Assembly (NCBI RefSeq): GCF_009914755.1
Contig: NC_060938.1
Reading direction: 5' to 3' (one strand)
Source of the DNA: the human T2T-CHM13v2.0 reference genome, Homo sapiens
DNA: 64,000 bases
The position numbers and the translations under genes are program-made. The notes under the pieces were generated by a model. That model was not told the DNA's origin. It ran no database searches and was given only the letters and a program-made list of their open reading frames with translations. Position 1 is the stretch's first letter. The number at the start of each line of letters is the position of its first letter. Shown one piece after another: positions 47,201 through 64,000 of the stretch.

Positions 47201-50200
47201 CAGAGCCTAGACAAGTGTTACATCACCTACGTTATCAGTGCAGGTATAAGTCATAAAACCTCCTGTAGTCAGAGTGTAGACAAGTGTTCCCTCCCCAGGG
47301 TGATCAGTGCAGAGATGTGTCACAAATCCCCTGTAGGCAGAGCCTAGACAAGAGTTTCATCACTTGGTTGATAAGTTCAGAGATGTGTCACAATGTCCAT
47401 GTAGGCAGATCTAAGACAAAAGTCCATCACCTGGGTGATCAGTGCAGAGATATGTACCAATCTCCCCTGTGGGCAGTGCCTAGACAAGAGTTGGATCACC
47501 TCAGAGATCAGTGCAGATATTTCACAAAGCCTTCTGTAGGCAAAGCCCATACAAGGCTTACATCACCTAGGTGATCAATTCAGTGGTATGTCAGAAAAAA
47601 TCCCTGTATACAGAGACTAGAAAAGAGGTACATCACCTGGGTGATCAGTGCAGATATTTGACACAATGCCCCCATAGACTGAGCCTAGACAAGACCTCCA
47701 TCACCTTGGTGATCGGTGCAGAGATATGTCACAAATCCCCCTCTAGGCAGAGTATAGAGAAGAGTCCCATCACCTGGGTGATCAGTGCAGAGATATTTCA
47801 CAATGCCCCCTGTAGGCAGAGAGTGGACAAGAGTTACATAACCTAGGTGATCTCTGCTGAGCTATGTCAAAAAGCCCGTGTAGGCAGAGCCTAGATAAAT
47901 GTTACATCACCTGGGTGATCAGTGCAGAGATACGTAACAATACCCCCTGTAGGTGGAGCCTAGACAATAGTTACATCAACTGGGTGATCAGTGCAGAAAT
48001 ATGTCACAAAGCCCCTGTAGGCAGAGTCTAAACAAGAGTTACATCACCTGGGTGATCAGTGCAGAAATATGTCACAAAACCCCTGTAGGCCGAGCCTAGA
48101 CAAGAGTTGTTACATCTCCTGTGTGATCAGTGCAAAGATATGTCACAAAGCCCCCTGTAGACAAATCCCAGAAAATTGTTACATCACCTGGGTGATCAGT
48201 GGAGATATCTGTCACAATTCCCCTTCATGTGCAGCTTAGACAAGCATTACGTCACATAAGTGATCAGTGCAGAGATATGTCACTTTGCCCCTGTAGGCAG
48301 AGTCTAGACAAGAGTCCCATCACCTGGGTGATCAGTGCAGAGATGTGTCACAAGCACCCTGTAGCCAGAGCCTAGACAAGAGTTACATCATCTGTGTGAT
48401 CAGTGCAGTGACATGTCACAATGTCCCTGTAGCCATATCCTTGAGAAAAGTGACATCACCTGAGTGATCAATGCGGAGATATGTCACAATGTCTCCAGTA
48501 GGCATAGCCTAGAGAAGAGTTACATCACCTGGGTGATCAGGGCAGAGATATGTCACAATGCCCCCTGTAAGCACATCCCAGACAAGAGTTGCTTCACCTC
48601 GGTGATCAGTGCAGAGATATGTCTCAATGTCCCCTGTCGGCAATGCCTATACAAGAGTTACATCATCTCGGTGATCAGTGCAGTGATGTGTTAAAATGCC
48701 CCTGTAGGCAGAGCCTAGACAAGAGTTACATCACCTGGGTGATCAGTGAAGAGATATCTCACAATACCCCCTGTAAGCAGTGCCTAGACCACAGTTACAT
48801 CACCTGTGTGATCAGTGCTGAGATATGTCATAAATCCCACTGTAGGCATAGCCTAGAGAAGTTTTACATCACCTCAGCGATCAGTGCAGAGATATGTCCG
48901 AATGTCCCTCTAGGCAGAGCTTAGACAAGTGTCACATCTCCTGGATGATCAGTGCAGAGATAAGTCACAATGTCCCCGTAGGCAGAGCCTACACGAGAGT
49001 TACATAACCCGGGTGACACGTGCAGAGTGATGTCACAACGCCCTCTGTAGGCAGAGACTAGAAAACAGTTACATCACGTGGGTGATCAGTGCAGAGATAT
49101 GTCACAATGCCCCCTGTAGGCAGAGCATAGAGAAGAGTTGCATCACCTGGGTGATCAGTGCAGAGATATGTCACAATGTCCCCTGTAGGCACAGCATAGA
49201 GAAGAGTTGCATCACCTGGGTGATCATTGCAGAGATATGTCACAATGTTCCCTGTAGGCAAAGCCTAGGCAAGAGTTACATCACCTTTGTCATCAGTTCA
49301 GGGATATGTGAAAACACACCTGTAGGCAGAGCCTGGACAAGGGTTACATCACCTAGTTGATCAGTGCATAGATATTTCACAATACTCCCTGTAGGCAGAT
49401 CCTAGACAACAGTTGAATCACCTGCATGATCAGTGCAGAGATATTCAACAATGCCCCCTTTGGGCAGAGGGTAGAGAAGTGTTACATCACCTAGGTGAAC
49501 CGTGGAGAGATTTGTCAAAATTCACTGTAGGAGGTGGTTATAAAATTTTTACATCACCTAAGTGATCAGTGCAGAGATATGTCACAAAGCTCTTGTAGGC
49601 AGAACTTAGATGAGTTACATCACCTGGGAGATCAGTGCAAAGTTATGTCACAAAGCCCCGTGTAGGCAAAGCCTAGACAATAGTTACATCAGTTGGGTGA
49701 TCAGTGGCGAGATCTCTCACAATTCCCATGTAGGCAGACCTTATACAACAGTTACATCACCTGGGTGATCAGTGCAGAGATATGTCACAATGCCCCCATA
49801 GGCAGTTCCAAGACAAGAGTCCATCACCTGGGTGATAAGTGCAGAGATATGTGAGAATTCCCGTGTAGGCAGAGCCTAGACAAGTGTTACATCAGCTAGG
49901 TTATCAGTGCAGCTATAAGTCATAAAGCCTCCTGTAGGCAGAGCGTAGACAAGAGTTCCCTCCCCAGGGTGATCAGTGCAAAAATGTGTCACAAAGCCCC
50001 TGTACGCAGAGCCTAGACAAGAGTTTCATCACTTGGTTGATCAGTTCAGAGATTTGTCACAACGTACATGTAGGCAGATCTAAGACAAGAGTCCATCACC
50101 TGGTTGATCAGTGCAGAGATATGTACCAATGTCCCCTGTAGGCAGTCCCTAGACAAGAGTTGTATCACCTCAGAGATCAGTGCACAGATATTTCACAAAG

Positions 50201-53200
50201 CCTTCTGTAGGCAAAGGCCATACAAGGCTTACATCACCTAGGTGATCAGTGCAGTGATATGTCAAAAAAATCCCTGTAGACAGAGCCTGGAAAAGAAGTA
50301 CATCACCTGGGTGATCAGTGCAGACATTTGACACAATGCGTCCATAGACAGAGCCTAGACAAGACTTCCATCACCTTGGTGATCAGTGTAGAGATATGTC
50401 ACAAATCCCCCTCTAGGCAGAGTATAGAGAAGAGTCCCATCACCTGGGTGATCAGTGCAGAGATATTCCACAATGCCCCCTGTAGGCAGAGAGTGGACAA
50501 GAGTTACATAACATAGGTGATCTGTGCAGAGCTATGTCAAAACGCCCCTGTAGGCAGAGCGTAGATAAATTTTACATCACCTGGGTGATCAGTGCAGAGA
50601 TACGTTACAATACCCCCTGTAGGTGGAGCCTAGACAAGAGTTACATCACCTGGGTGATCAGTGCAGAAATATGTCACAAAGCCCCTGTAGGCCGAGCCTA
50701 GACAAGGGTTGTTATATCTCCTGGGTGATCAGTGCAAAGATATGTCACAAAGCCCCCTGTAGACAAATCCCAGAAAATTGTTACATCACCTGGGTGATCA
50801 GTGGAGATATCTGTCACAATTCCCCTTCAGGCGCAGCTTAGACAAGCATTACATCACATGAGTGATCAGTGCAGAGACATGTCACTGTGCCCCCGTATGC
50901 AGATCCAAGACAAGAGTCCATCACCTGGGTGATCAGTGCAGAAATATGTCTCAATGCCGCCAGTAGGCAGATATAGAGAAGAGTTACATCACCTGCGTGA
51001 TCACTGCAGAGATATGTCACAATGCCCCTGTAGGCAGAGCCTAGAGAAGAGTCCCATCACCTGGTTGATCAGTGCAGAGTTATGTCACAACAACCCGTTT
51101 TGACAGAGCCTAGAGAAGGGTTACATCACCTGGGTGATCAGTGCAGAGATGTGTCACAAGACCCCTGTATCCAGAACCTAGACAAGTGTTACATCAGCTG
51201 TGTGATCAGTGCAGTGACATATCACAATGTCCCTGTAGCCATATCCTTGAGAAAACTAACATCACCTGGGTGATCAGTGCGGAGATATGTCACAATATCT
51301 CCAGTAGGCAGAGCCTAGACAAGAGTTACATCACCTGGGTGATCAGGGAAGAGATATGTCACAATGCCCCCGATAAGCAGATCCCAGACAAGAGTTGCAT
51401 CGCCTCGGTGATCAGTGCAGAGATATATCTCAATACCCCCTGTCGGCGAAGCCTATATAAGAGTTACATCATCTCGGTAGTCAGTGAAGTGATATGTGAA
51501 AATGCCCCTGTAAGCAGAGCCTAGACAAGAGTTACATCACCTGGGTGATCAGTGCAGAGATATCTCACAATACCCCCTGAAAGCAGAGCCTAGAAAAGAC
51601 TTACATCACCTGGGTGATCAGTGCAGAGATATGTAATAAATCCCACTGTAGGCAAAGCCTAGACAAGTTTTACATCACCCCAGCGATCAGTGCAGAGATA
51701 TGTCCCAATGTCCCTCTAGGCATATCTTAGACAAGACTCATATCTCCTGGGTGATCAGTGCAGAAATAAGTCACAACTCCCCCCTGGACAGAGCCTAGAC
51801 GAGAGTTACATAACCCGGGTTATCTGTGCGGAGTGATGTCAGAACGCCCTCTGTAGGCAGAGACTAGAAAAGAGTTACATCACCTTGGTGACCAGTGCAG
51901 AGATATGTCACAATGCCCCCTGTAGGCAGAGCATAGAGAAGAGTTGCATCACCTGGGTGATCAGTGCAGAGATATGTCACAATGACCCCTGTAGGCAGAC
52001 CATAGAGAAGAGTTCCATCACCTGGGTGATCAGTGCAGACATATGTCACAATGTCCCATGTAGGCAAAGCCTAGGCAAGAGTTGCATCACCTGGGTGATC
52101 AGTGCAGTTATATGTCACAATGTCCCCTGTAGGCAAAGCCTAGGCAAATGTTACATCACCTTTGTCATCAGTGAAGAGATATGTGAAAATGCCTCTGTAG
52201 GCAGAGCCTTGACAAGAGGTACACCACCTAGTTGATCAGTGCAGAGATATTTCAAAATGCCCCCTGTAGGCAGAGCAGAGAAAAGAGTTGCATCACCTGG
52301 GTGATCAGTTCAGAGATGTGTCACAAGCTCCGTGTTGCCAGAGCCTAGACAAGTGTTACATCAGCTATGTGATCAGTGCAGTGACATGTCACAATCTCCC
52401 TGTAGCCATATCCTTGACAAAAGTGACATCACCTGGGTTATCAGTGCGGAGATATATCACAATGTCTCCAGTAGGCAGAGCATAGACAAGAGATACATCA
52501 CCTCGGTTATCAGTGCAGAGATATGTCTCAATGACCCCTGTAGGCAAAGCCTATACAAGAGTTACATTATCTCCATGATCAGTACAGTGATATGTGAAAA
52601 TGCCCCTGTAGGCAGAGCCTAGACAAGGGTTACATCGCCTGAGTGATCAGTGCAGATATATCTCACAATACCTCCTCTAAGCAGAGCCTAGACAAGAGTT
52701 ACATCACCTGGGTGATCAGTGCAGAGATATGTCATAAATCCCACTGTAAGCAAAGCCTAGACAAGTTTTACATCACCTCAGAGATCAGTGCAGTGATATG
52801 TCCCAATGTCCCTCTAGGCAGAGCTTAGACAAGTGTCACATCTCCTGCGTGATCAGTGCAGAGATGTCACAATGCCCCCATAGGCAGAGCCTAGACAAGA
52901 GTTACATCACCTTTGTCATCAATTCAGGGATTTGTGAAAACACCCCTGCAGGCAGAGCCTAGACAAGAGTTACATCACCAACTTGATCAGTGCAGAGGTA
53001 TTACACAATACCCCCTGTAGGCAGATCCTAGACAAGAGTTGTATCACCTGGGTGATTAGTGCAGAGATATATCACAATGCCCCCTGTAGGCAGAGCATAG
53101 AAAAGAGTTGCATCACCTGGGTGATCAGTTCAGAGATATGTCACAATGTCCCCTGTAGGCACAGCATAGAGAAGAGTTGCATCACCTGGGTGATCAGTGC

Positions 53201-55040
53201 AGAGATATGTCACAATGTACCCTGTAGTCAGAGCCTAGACAAGAGTTACATCACCTAGTTGATCAGTGCAGAGATATTTCACATTACCCCTTGTAGGCAG
53301 AACCTAGACAAGAGTTGAATCACCTGGGTGATCAGTGCAGAGATATTTCCCAGTGCCCCCTTTGGGCAGTGGGTAGACAAGGGTTACGTCACCTAGGCCA
53401 TCAGTGCAGAGATTTGTCAAAATTCCCAGTAGGCAGTGCTTATAAAAGTGTGAAATCACCTAAGTGACCCGTACAGAGATATGTCACTAAGCTCCTGTAG
53501 GCAGGACTTAGATGAGTTACATCACCTGGATGATCAGTGCAAAGGTATGTCATTGTAGGCAAAGCCTAGATAATAGTTTCATCACTTGGGTGATCAGTGG
53601 CGAGATCTCTCACAATTCCCCTGTAGGCACAGCTTATACAGCAGTTATATCACCTGGGTGATCAGTGCAGAGGTATGTCACAATGCCCACATAGGCAGAT
53701 CCAAGACAAGAGTCCGTCACCTCGGTGATCAGTGCAGAAATATGTCACAATGGCCCCTTAGGCAGATCATAGACAAACGCTCCATCACCTGGATGATCAG
53801 TGCAGAGTTATGTCACAAAGTCCCTTTAGGCGGATCCTAGATAATTGTTACATCACCTGGATGATCAGTGCAGATATATGTCAAAATGCCACGGTAGGCA
53901 GAGCCTAGAAAAGAGTTACATGACCTAGGTGATCAGTGCCGAGATACATCACAATGTCTCTGTAGGCTGAGTCTTGACAAGTGGTACATCATCTGGGTGA
54001 TCATTGCAGGGATATGTCACAAAGCACCCTGTAGGCAGATCCTAGAAAAGAGTTACATCACCTGGGTGATCAGTGCAGAGATATGTCACAATGCCACTGT
54101 AGGCAGAGCCTAGACAGGAGTTACATGACCTAGGTGATCACTGCAGAGATACATTGCAATGCCCCTGTAGGCAGAGCCTTGACAAGTGGTATATCACCTG
54201 GGTGATCATTGCAGATATATGTCACAAATCACCATGTAGGCAGATCCTAGAGAAGAGTTATATCATCTGTGTTATCAGTGCAGAGATATGTCACAATCCC
54301 CCTGTAGGTAGAGCCTAGACAAGAGTTATATCATCTGGGTGATCAGTGCAGTGATATGTCACAATGCCGTGTAGCCAGAGACTAGACTAAAGTTACAGCA
54401 CCTGGGAGATCAGTGCAGAGATATGTCACAATGTCCCCAGTAGGCAGAGACCACGCAAGAGTTCGATCACCTCGCGATCATTGCAGATATGTCTCAATCC
54501 CCCTGTGGGCACAGCCTAGACAAGTGTTACATCACCTCGGTTAACAGTGCAGAGATATGTCAAGGTGCCCCTGTAGGCAGAGCCTACACAACTGTTACAT
54601 CACTTAGGTGATCAGTGCAGAGATATGTCACAATACCACCTGTAAGCAGATCCTAGGCAAGAGTTACATCTCCTGGATGATCAGTGCAGAGATATGTGAC
54701 AAGGCCCCTTTAAGCAGAGCGTAGACAATAGTTACATCACCTGAGTGATCAGTGCAGAGATATGTCACAATGTGCCCTGTAAGCAAAGTCTAGGCATGAG
54801 TTACATCACCTTTGTCATCAGTTCAGGGGTATGTGAAAACGCCCCTGTAGGCAGAGCCTAGCAAGGGTAACATCACCTAGTTGATCAGTGCAGAGATATT
54901 TCACAATACCCCCTGTAGGCAGATCCTAGACAAGAGTTGAATGACCTGGGTGATCAGTGCAGTGATATGTCACAAAGCCCTTGTAGGTAGAGCCTAGACA
55001 AGAGTTACATCACTTTGTTGATCAGTTCAGAGATGTGTCA
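38229..55040 (+). repeat. Beta-satellite array 3, with degenerate higher-order structure
   Basis: 68-bp monomers; ordered variant blocks recur at about 2.0-2.9 kb spacing. Confidence 0.97.
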
Positions 55041-55624
55041 TGCTGACTGTTTGCTCCCGGAGCTCTGCGGGCACCCGGAAACATGCAGGGAAGGGTGGAA
55101 GACTGGCATGGTGCCTTCGCTCTCTTGCCAGTTTCCAAACCGGCCACACTGCAGACTTCCCATGTTGCCGCACACAGGAATCCATCGTCAGGCCATCACG
55201 CCGTGGAGGCATCTTCTCTCTGGGGTCTGGCTCTGGTCTCCTATGTGGAAATGAACGAGAGCCACACGCCTGCCTTTATGAGACTGCACTGGCAATGGCG
55301 ACACCCACAGGCACTGCCTCCTTCACGGAGAGAGGGCCTGGAACACTCAAGACTCCCATGGATTTTCAGTTCTACACTCCCCTCCACCCTCGCAGGCCGG
55401 TTTCTCCCTGCTGAAGACGCATGGGAGCCCAGAGAGTGGCTTCCAGTTCCCACGGGATTCCTGGAGCAGTCCTAAGAGCCAGCACTTGAAACGCCCCCGC
55501 CCCACACCTTCCCCCTCTCCCACTTCCTCTTCGTGTCTCCGGCCCCACCACCACCATCACCACGCCCTCCCACCCCACTCCACCACACCCCTGCCGCAGG
55601 CCTTGACACCCTGGGATCCTTCCG

Positions 55625-57104
<1,480 letters not shown>

Positions 57105-57803
57105 GACGCGGGGTTGGGATGGGGTCGGGTCGGGGCAGGGCGGTGGCCTCTGTTTCCCGGGGAACACCTGGCTGGCTATGGAGGGACGTGTCTTCCCCCC
57201 GCCCCATCCACTGGGCTGACCGGCCTGGGATTCCTGCCTTCTAGGTCTAGGCCCGGTGAGAGTCTCCACCCAGTGGAGAACTGCCATTCTTTCCTGGGCA
57301 TCCCGGGGATCCCAGAGCCGCTCCAGGTACCAGCAGGTTGGCCACCTACTGTGCACGCGCGGGATTGCGGGCAGTCGCCTGGGCTGTGGGAGCAGCCCAG
57401 GCAGTGCTCTCATGCCTTTCCACCACCCCTCCCCGCCTGATCACCCCCTCCCCACACCCACACTCCAGCCCAGGAAAATGCGTCCTCCCCTGGGCTGGGT
57501 GGAGACCCCCGTCCTGTGAAACACCGGTACCGCGCAGCGTCCAGGCCTCACACCCCTCCGGCGGCTCGCCGCCTCTGTGCCTCCGTGCCACCGTCGCTGG
57601 CGCGCCCGTGCTTCTGCAGCCTCCCAGCTGCCACCATGGACCACCTGGCGGCAGAAACCAGACCTCTAGCTCTTTTTGACAGCCTCCTGGCTAGACCTGC
57701 GCTCATTGCGCACCCTGGCTGACGTGCAAGGGAGGCCTCAGTTCTCTCTGTGCCCTTGTCCGTCCGTGAAATTCCCGCTGAGGTTCTCCCAACACCTTCC
57801 AAC

Positions 57804-60800
57804 GCTGTTTAGTCAAAGCCTGGAGAATAGTTATATCTCCTGGACGATCAGTTCAGAAATATGTCACAATGCTCCTCCCTGCGGAGCCTAGAGATTTGCA
57901 TCATTTGGGTGATCAGTGGAGAGATATATCACAATGTCCCCTGTACAATAAATCTGGAAATGATTTACATCACCTCGGTGATCAGTGCATAGGTATGTCA
58001 GAAATCCCCAGCAGGCTGAACCTAGACAAGGGTTACATCACTTAGATGATCAGTGTAGAGATATGTGAAAATTCCCGTGTAGACAGACCCTAGACAAATG
58101 TTACATCACCTAGTGATCAGTGCAGGGATAAGTCATAAATCCTTCTATAGGCAGAGTTTAGAAAACTGTTTCCTCCCTGGGGTGATCGGTGCAGAGTAAT
58201 GTCACAAAGCCCCTGTAAGTAGAACCTTGACAAGGGTTACAACACCTGTTTGATCAGTGGAAATGTATATCACAAAGCCCCCTGTAGGCAAAGCCCAGAC
58301 AATTATTACATCACCTGGGTGAGCAGTGGAGAGACGTTTCACAATAGCCCTGTAGACATAGCTTAGACAAGGGTTACATCACCTGGGTGATCAGTGCAGA
58401 GATATGTCAAAACGCTCCTGTAGGCTGAACCTAGAAAGGAGTTACATCACCCGGGTGATCAGTGAAGAGATATGAGAGAATTCCCGTTTAGGCAGAGTCT
58501 ACACAACTGTTACATCACCTAGGTTATCAGTGCAGGTATAAGTCATAAGGCCTCCTGTGGGCAGAGCGTAGATAAGAGTTTCCTCCCAAGGGAGATCAGT
58601 GCAGAGATGTGTCACAAAGCCCCTGTAGGCAGAGCCTAGACAAGAGTTTCATCACTTGGTTGATCAGTTCAGAGATGTGTCACAACGTCCATGTAGGCAG
58701 ATCTAAGACAAGAGTCAATCACCTGGGTGATCAGTGCAGAGATATGTACCAATGTCCCCTGTAGGCAATGCCTAGACAAGAGTTGCATCACCTTAGAGAT
58801 CAGTGCACAGATATGTCACAAAGCCTTCTGTACGCAAAGCCCATACAAGGCTTACATCACCAAGTGATCAGTGCAGTGGTATGTCACAAAAATCCCTGTA
58901 GACAGAGCCTAGAAAAGAGTTACATCGCCTGGGTGATCAGTGCAGAGATATCTCACAATACCCCCTGTAAGCACAGCCTAGACAAGAGTTACATCACCTG
59001 GGTGATCAGCGCAGAGATATGTCATAAATCCCACTGTAGGCAAAGCCTAGACAAGTTTTAAATCACCACAGCGATGAGTGCAGAGATATGTCCCAATGTC
59101 CCTCTGGGCAGAGCTTAGACAAGAGTCACATCTCCTGGGTGATCAGTGCAGAGATAAGTCACAAAGCGCCTATAGGCAGAGCCTAGACAAGAGTTACATA
59201 ACCCGGGTGATCCGTGCAGAGTGATTCACAACGCCCGCCATAGGCAGAGACTAGAAAAGGGTTACAACACCTGGGTGATCAGTGCAGAGATATGTCACAA
59301 TGCCCCCTGTAGGAAGGGCATAGAGAAGCGTTGCATCACCTGGGTGATCAGTGCAGAGATATGTCACAGTGTCCCCTGTAGGCAAAGCCTAGGCACGAGT
59401 TACATCACCTGTGTCATCAGTTCAGGGATATGTGTAAACTCCCCTGTAGACAGAGGTTGACAATTGTTACATCACCTAGCTGATCAGTGCATTGATATTT
59501 CACAATACCCCCTGTAGGCAGATCGTAGACAAGAGTTGAATCACCTGGGTGATCAGTGCAGAGATATTTCACAATTCCCCATTTGGGCAGAGGGTAGACA
59601 AGAGTTTCATCACCTAGGTGATCAGTGCAGAGATTTGTCAAAATTCCCTGGAGGCAGTGCTTATAATAGTGTTACATCCCCTAAGTCATCAGTGCAGAAA
59701 TATGTCACAAAGCTCCTGTAGGCAGAACTTAGATGAGTTACATCACCTGGGTAATTAGTGAAAATGTATGTCTCAAAGCCCCCTGTAGGCAAAGCCTAGA
59801 CAATAGATACATCAGTTGGGTAATCAGTGGCGAGATGTCTCACAATTCCCCTGTCGGCAGAGTTTATACGACAGTTACATCACCTGGGTGATCAATGCAG
59901 AGATATGTCACAATGCCCCCATAGGCAGATCCAAGAAAAGAGTCCGTCACCTGGGTGGTCAGTGCAAAAACATGTCACAATTCCCCCTTAGGCAGAGCCT
60001 AGACAAAAGCCTCATCACCTGGATGATCAGTGCAGAGTTATGTCACAAAGAACCTTTAGGCAGATCATAGACAAGTGTTACATCACTTGGATGATCAGTG
60101 CATAGATATGTCACAATGCCACTATAGGCAGAGCCAAGAAAAGGGTTACATGACCTAGGTGATCAGTGCAGAGATACATCGCAATGTCATCGTAGGCAGA
60201 GCCTTGACAACTGGTACATCACCTGGGTGATCATTGCAGGGATATGTCACAAAGCACCCTGTAGGCAGATCCTAGAAAAGAGTTACATCACCTGGGTGAT
60301 CAGTGCAGAGATATGTCACAATGCCACTGTAGGGAAAGCCCAGACAAGAGTTACATTACCTAGGTGGTCGTTGCAGAGATACATCACAATGCCTCTGTAG
60401 GCTGAGCCTTGACAACTGGTATGTCACCTGGGTGATCATTGAAGGGATATGTCACAAATCACCCTGTAGGCAGATCCTAGAGAAGAGTTATATCACCTGG
60501 GTGATCAGTGCAGAGATATGTCACAATACCCCCTGTAGGTGGAGCCTAGACAACAGTTACATCACCTGGGTGATCAGTGCAGAGATATGTCACAAAGCCC
60601 CTGTAGGCAGAGCATAATCAAAAGTTACATCACCTGAGTGATTAGTGCAGAGATCTGTCACAATGCCCCTTTGGGCAGAGCTTAGACCAGAGTTACATCA
60701 CCTGGGTGATCAGTGCAGAGATATGTCACAATGCCCTCATAGGTAAATCCAAGACAAGTGTCCGTCATCTGGGTGATCAGTGCAGAAATATGCGACAATC

Positions 60801-61881
60801 CCCCAGTAGGCAGAGCCTGGGGAAGAGTCCCATCACCTGGGTGATCAATGCAGAGATATTTCACAATGCCCCCACAGGCAGAGCGTAAGCAAGAGTTACA
60901 TCACCTAGATGATCAGGGCAGAGATATGTCACAAGGCCCCAGTAGGCAGAGCCTGGGCAAGAGGTATATCAACTGGGTGATCAGTGCAGTGATATGTCAC
61001 AACGCCGTGTAGACAGAGCCTAGACTAAAGTTACAGCACCTGGGATATCAGTGCAGAAATATGTCACAATGTCCCCAGTAGGCAGAGACCAGACAAGAGT
61101 TGGATCACCTCAGGATCAGTGCTGAGACATGTCTCAATACCACTGTGGGCACAGCCTAGACAAGAGTTACATCACCTCGGTTAACAGTGCAGAGACTTGT
61201 CAAAATGCCCCTGTAGGCAGAGCTTAGTCCCGAGTTACATCACTTGGGTGATCAGTGCAGAGATATGTCACAATGCCCCCATAGGCAAATCCAAGACAAG
61301 GGTCCGTCACCTGGGTGATCAGTGCGGAAATATGTGACAATGCCCCCAGTAGGCAGAGCCTAGAGAAGAGTCCCATCACCTGGGTGATCAGTGCAGAGAT
61401 ATTTCACAATGCCCCTGCAGGCAGAGTGTAAGCAAGTGTTACGTCACCTAGGTGATCAGTGCAGAGATATGTCACAAGGCCCTTTATAGGCAGAGCCTGG
61501 ACAAGAGTTACATCACCTCGGTAATCAATGCAGTGATATGTCACTATGCCCCGTAGGCAGAGCCTAGTCAAGCGTTACATCACCTGGGTGATCAGTGCAG
61601 AGTTATGTCACAAGGACCCATACACAGAGCCTAGATAAGAGACCCATCACCTGGGTGATCAGTGCAGAAATATGTCACAATGCCCCCATAAACAGATCCA
61701 ACACAAGGGTTACATCACCTGGGTGATCAATCTAGAGATATGTCACAATGCCCCCATAGGCAGAGCCTAGACAAAAGTCCCATCACCTGGGTGATCAGTG
61801 CACAGCTATGTCACAAAGCCCCTTTAGGCAGAGCCTAGAAAAGAGTTACATCACTTTGTTGATCAGTTCAGAGATGTGTCA
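57804..61881 (+). repeat. Beta-satellite array 4
   Basis: 68-bp monomers; the first ~1.1 kb is collinear with the satellite downstream of cassettes 1 and 2. Confidence 0.97.
57947..57952 (+). terminator. Candidate polyadenylation signal AATAAA downstream of DUX4L copy 3
   Basis: ctgtacAATAAAtctggaaa; the homologous sites after copies 1 and 2 read ctgtacaaaaagcct. Confidence 0.3.

Positions 61882-64000
<2,119 letters not shown>

Overview
Human or great-ape nuclear DNA at a euchromatin-to-satellite boundary; I find no intact conventional gene. 1-8.5 kb is an Alu-dense, intron-like block with old L1M fragments and a truncated MER41A-type LTR. 9.37-10.79 kb is the 3' end of a processed CTBP2 pseudogene on the minus strand. 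It is interrupted by an L1PA3-like element (10.79-14.09 kb), which is itself cut off by 68-bp beta-satellite. 14.1-64 kb is about 40 kb of same-orientation beta-satellite holding four solitary D4Z4-derived DUX4-like cassettes, all on the + strand (about 26.9-29.2, 35.5-38.2, 55.0-57.8 and 61.9-64.0 kb). This layout is typical of acrocentric short arms, Y or pericentromeric DUX4L clusters; the location is inferred, not shown. All four DUX4 ORFs are disabled. Copy 3 is the most notable. It has no frameshift, a TATAA box, all four 3'-UTR splice dinucleotides and an intact 76-aa MQG...LLEEL C-terminal ORF. It also has a private AATAAA in its downstream satellite, which parallels the FSHD-permissive 4qA arrangement. 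Comparisons to DUX4, CTBP2 and repeat consensus sequences are from recall and need confirming by alignment.
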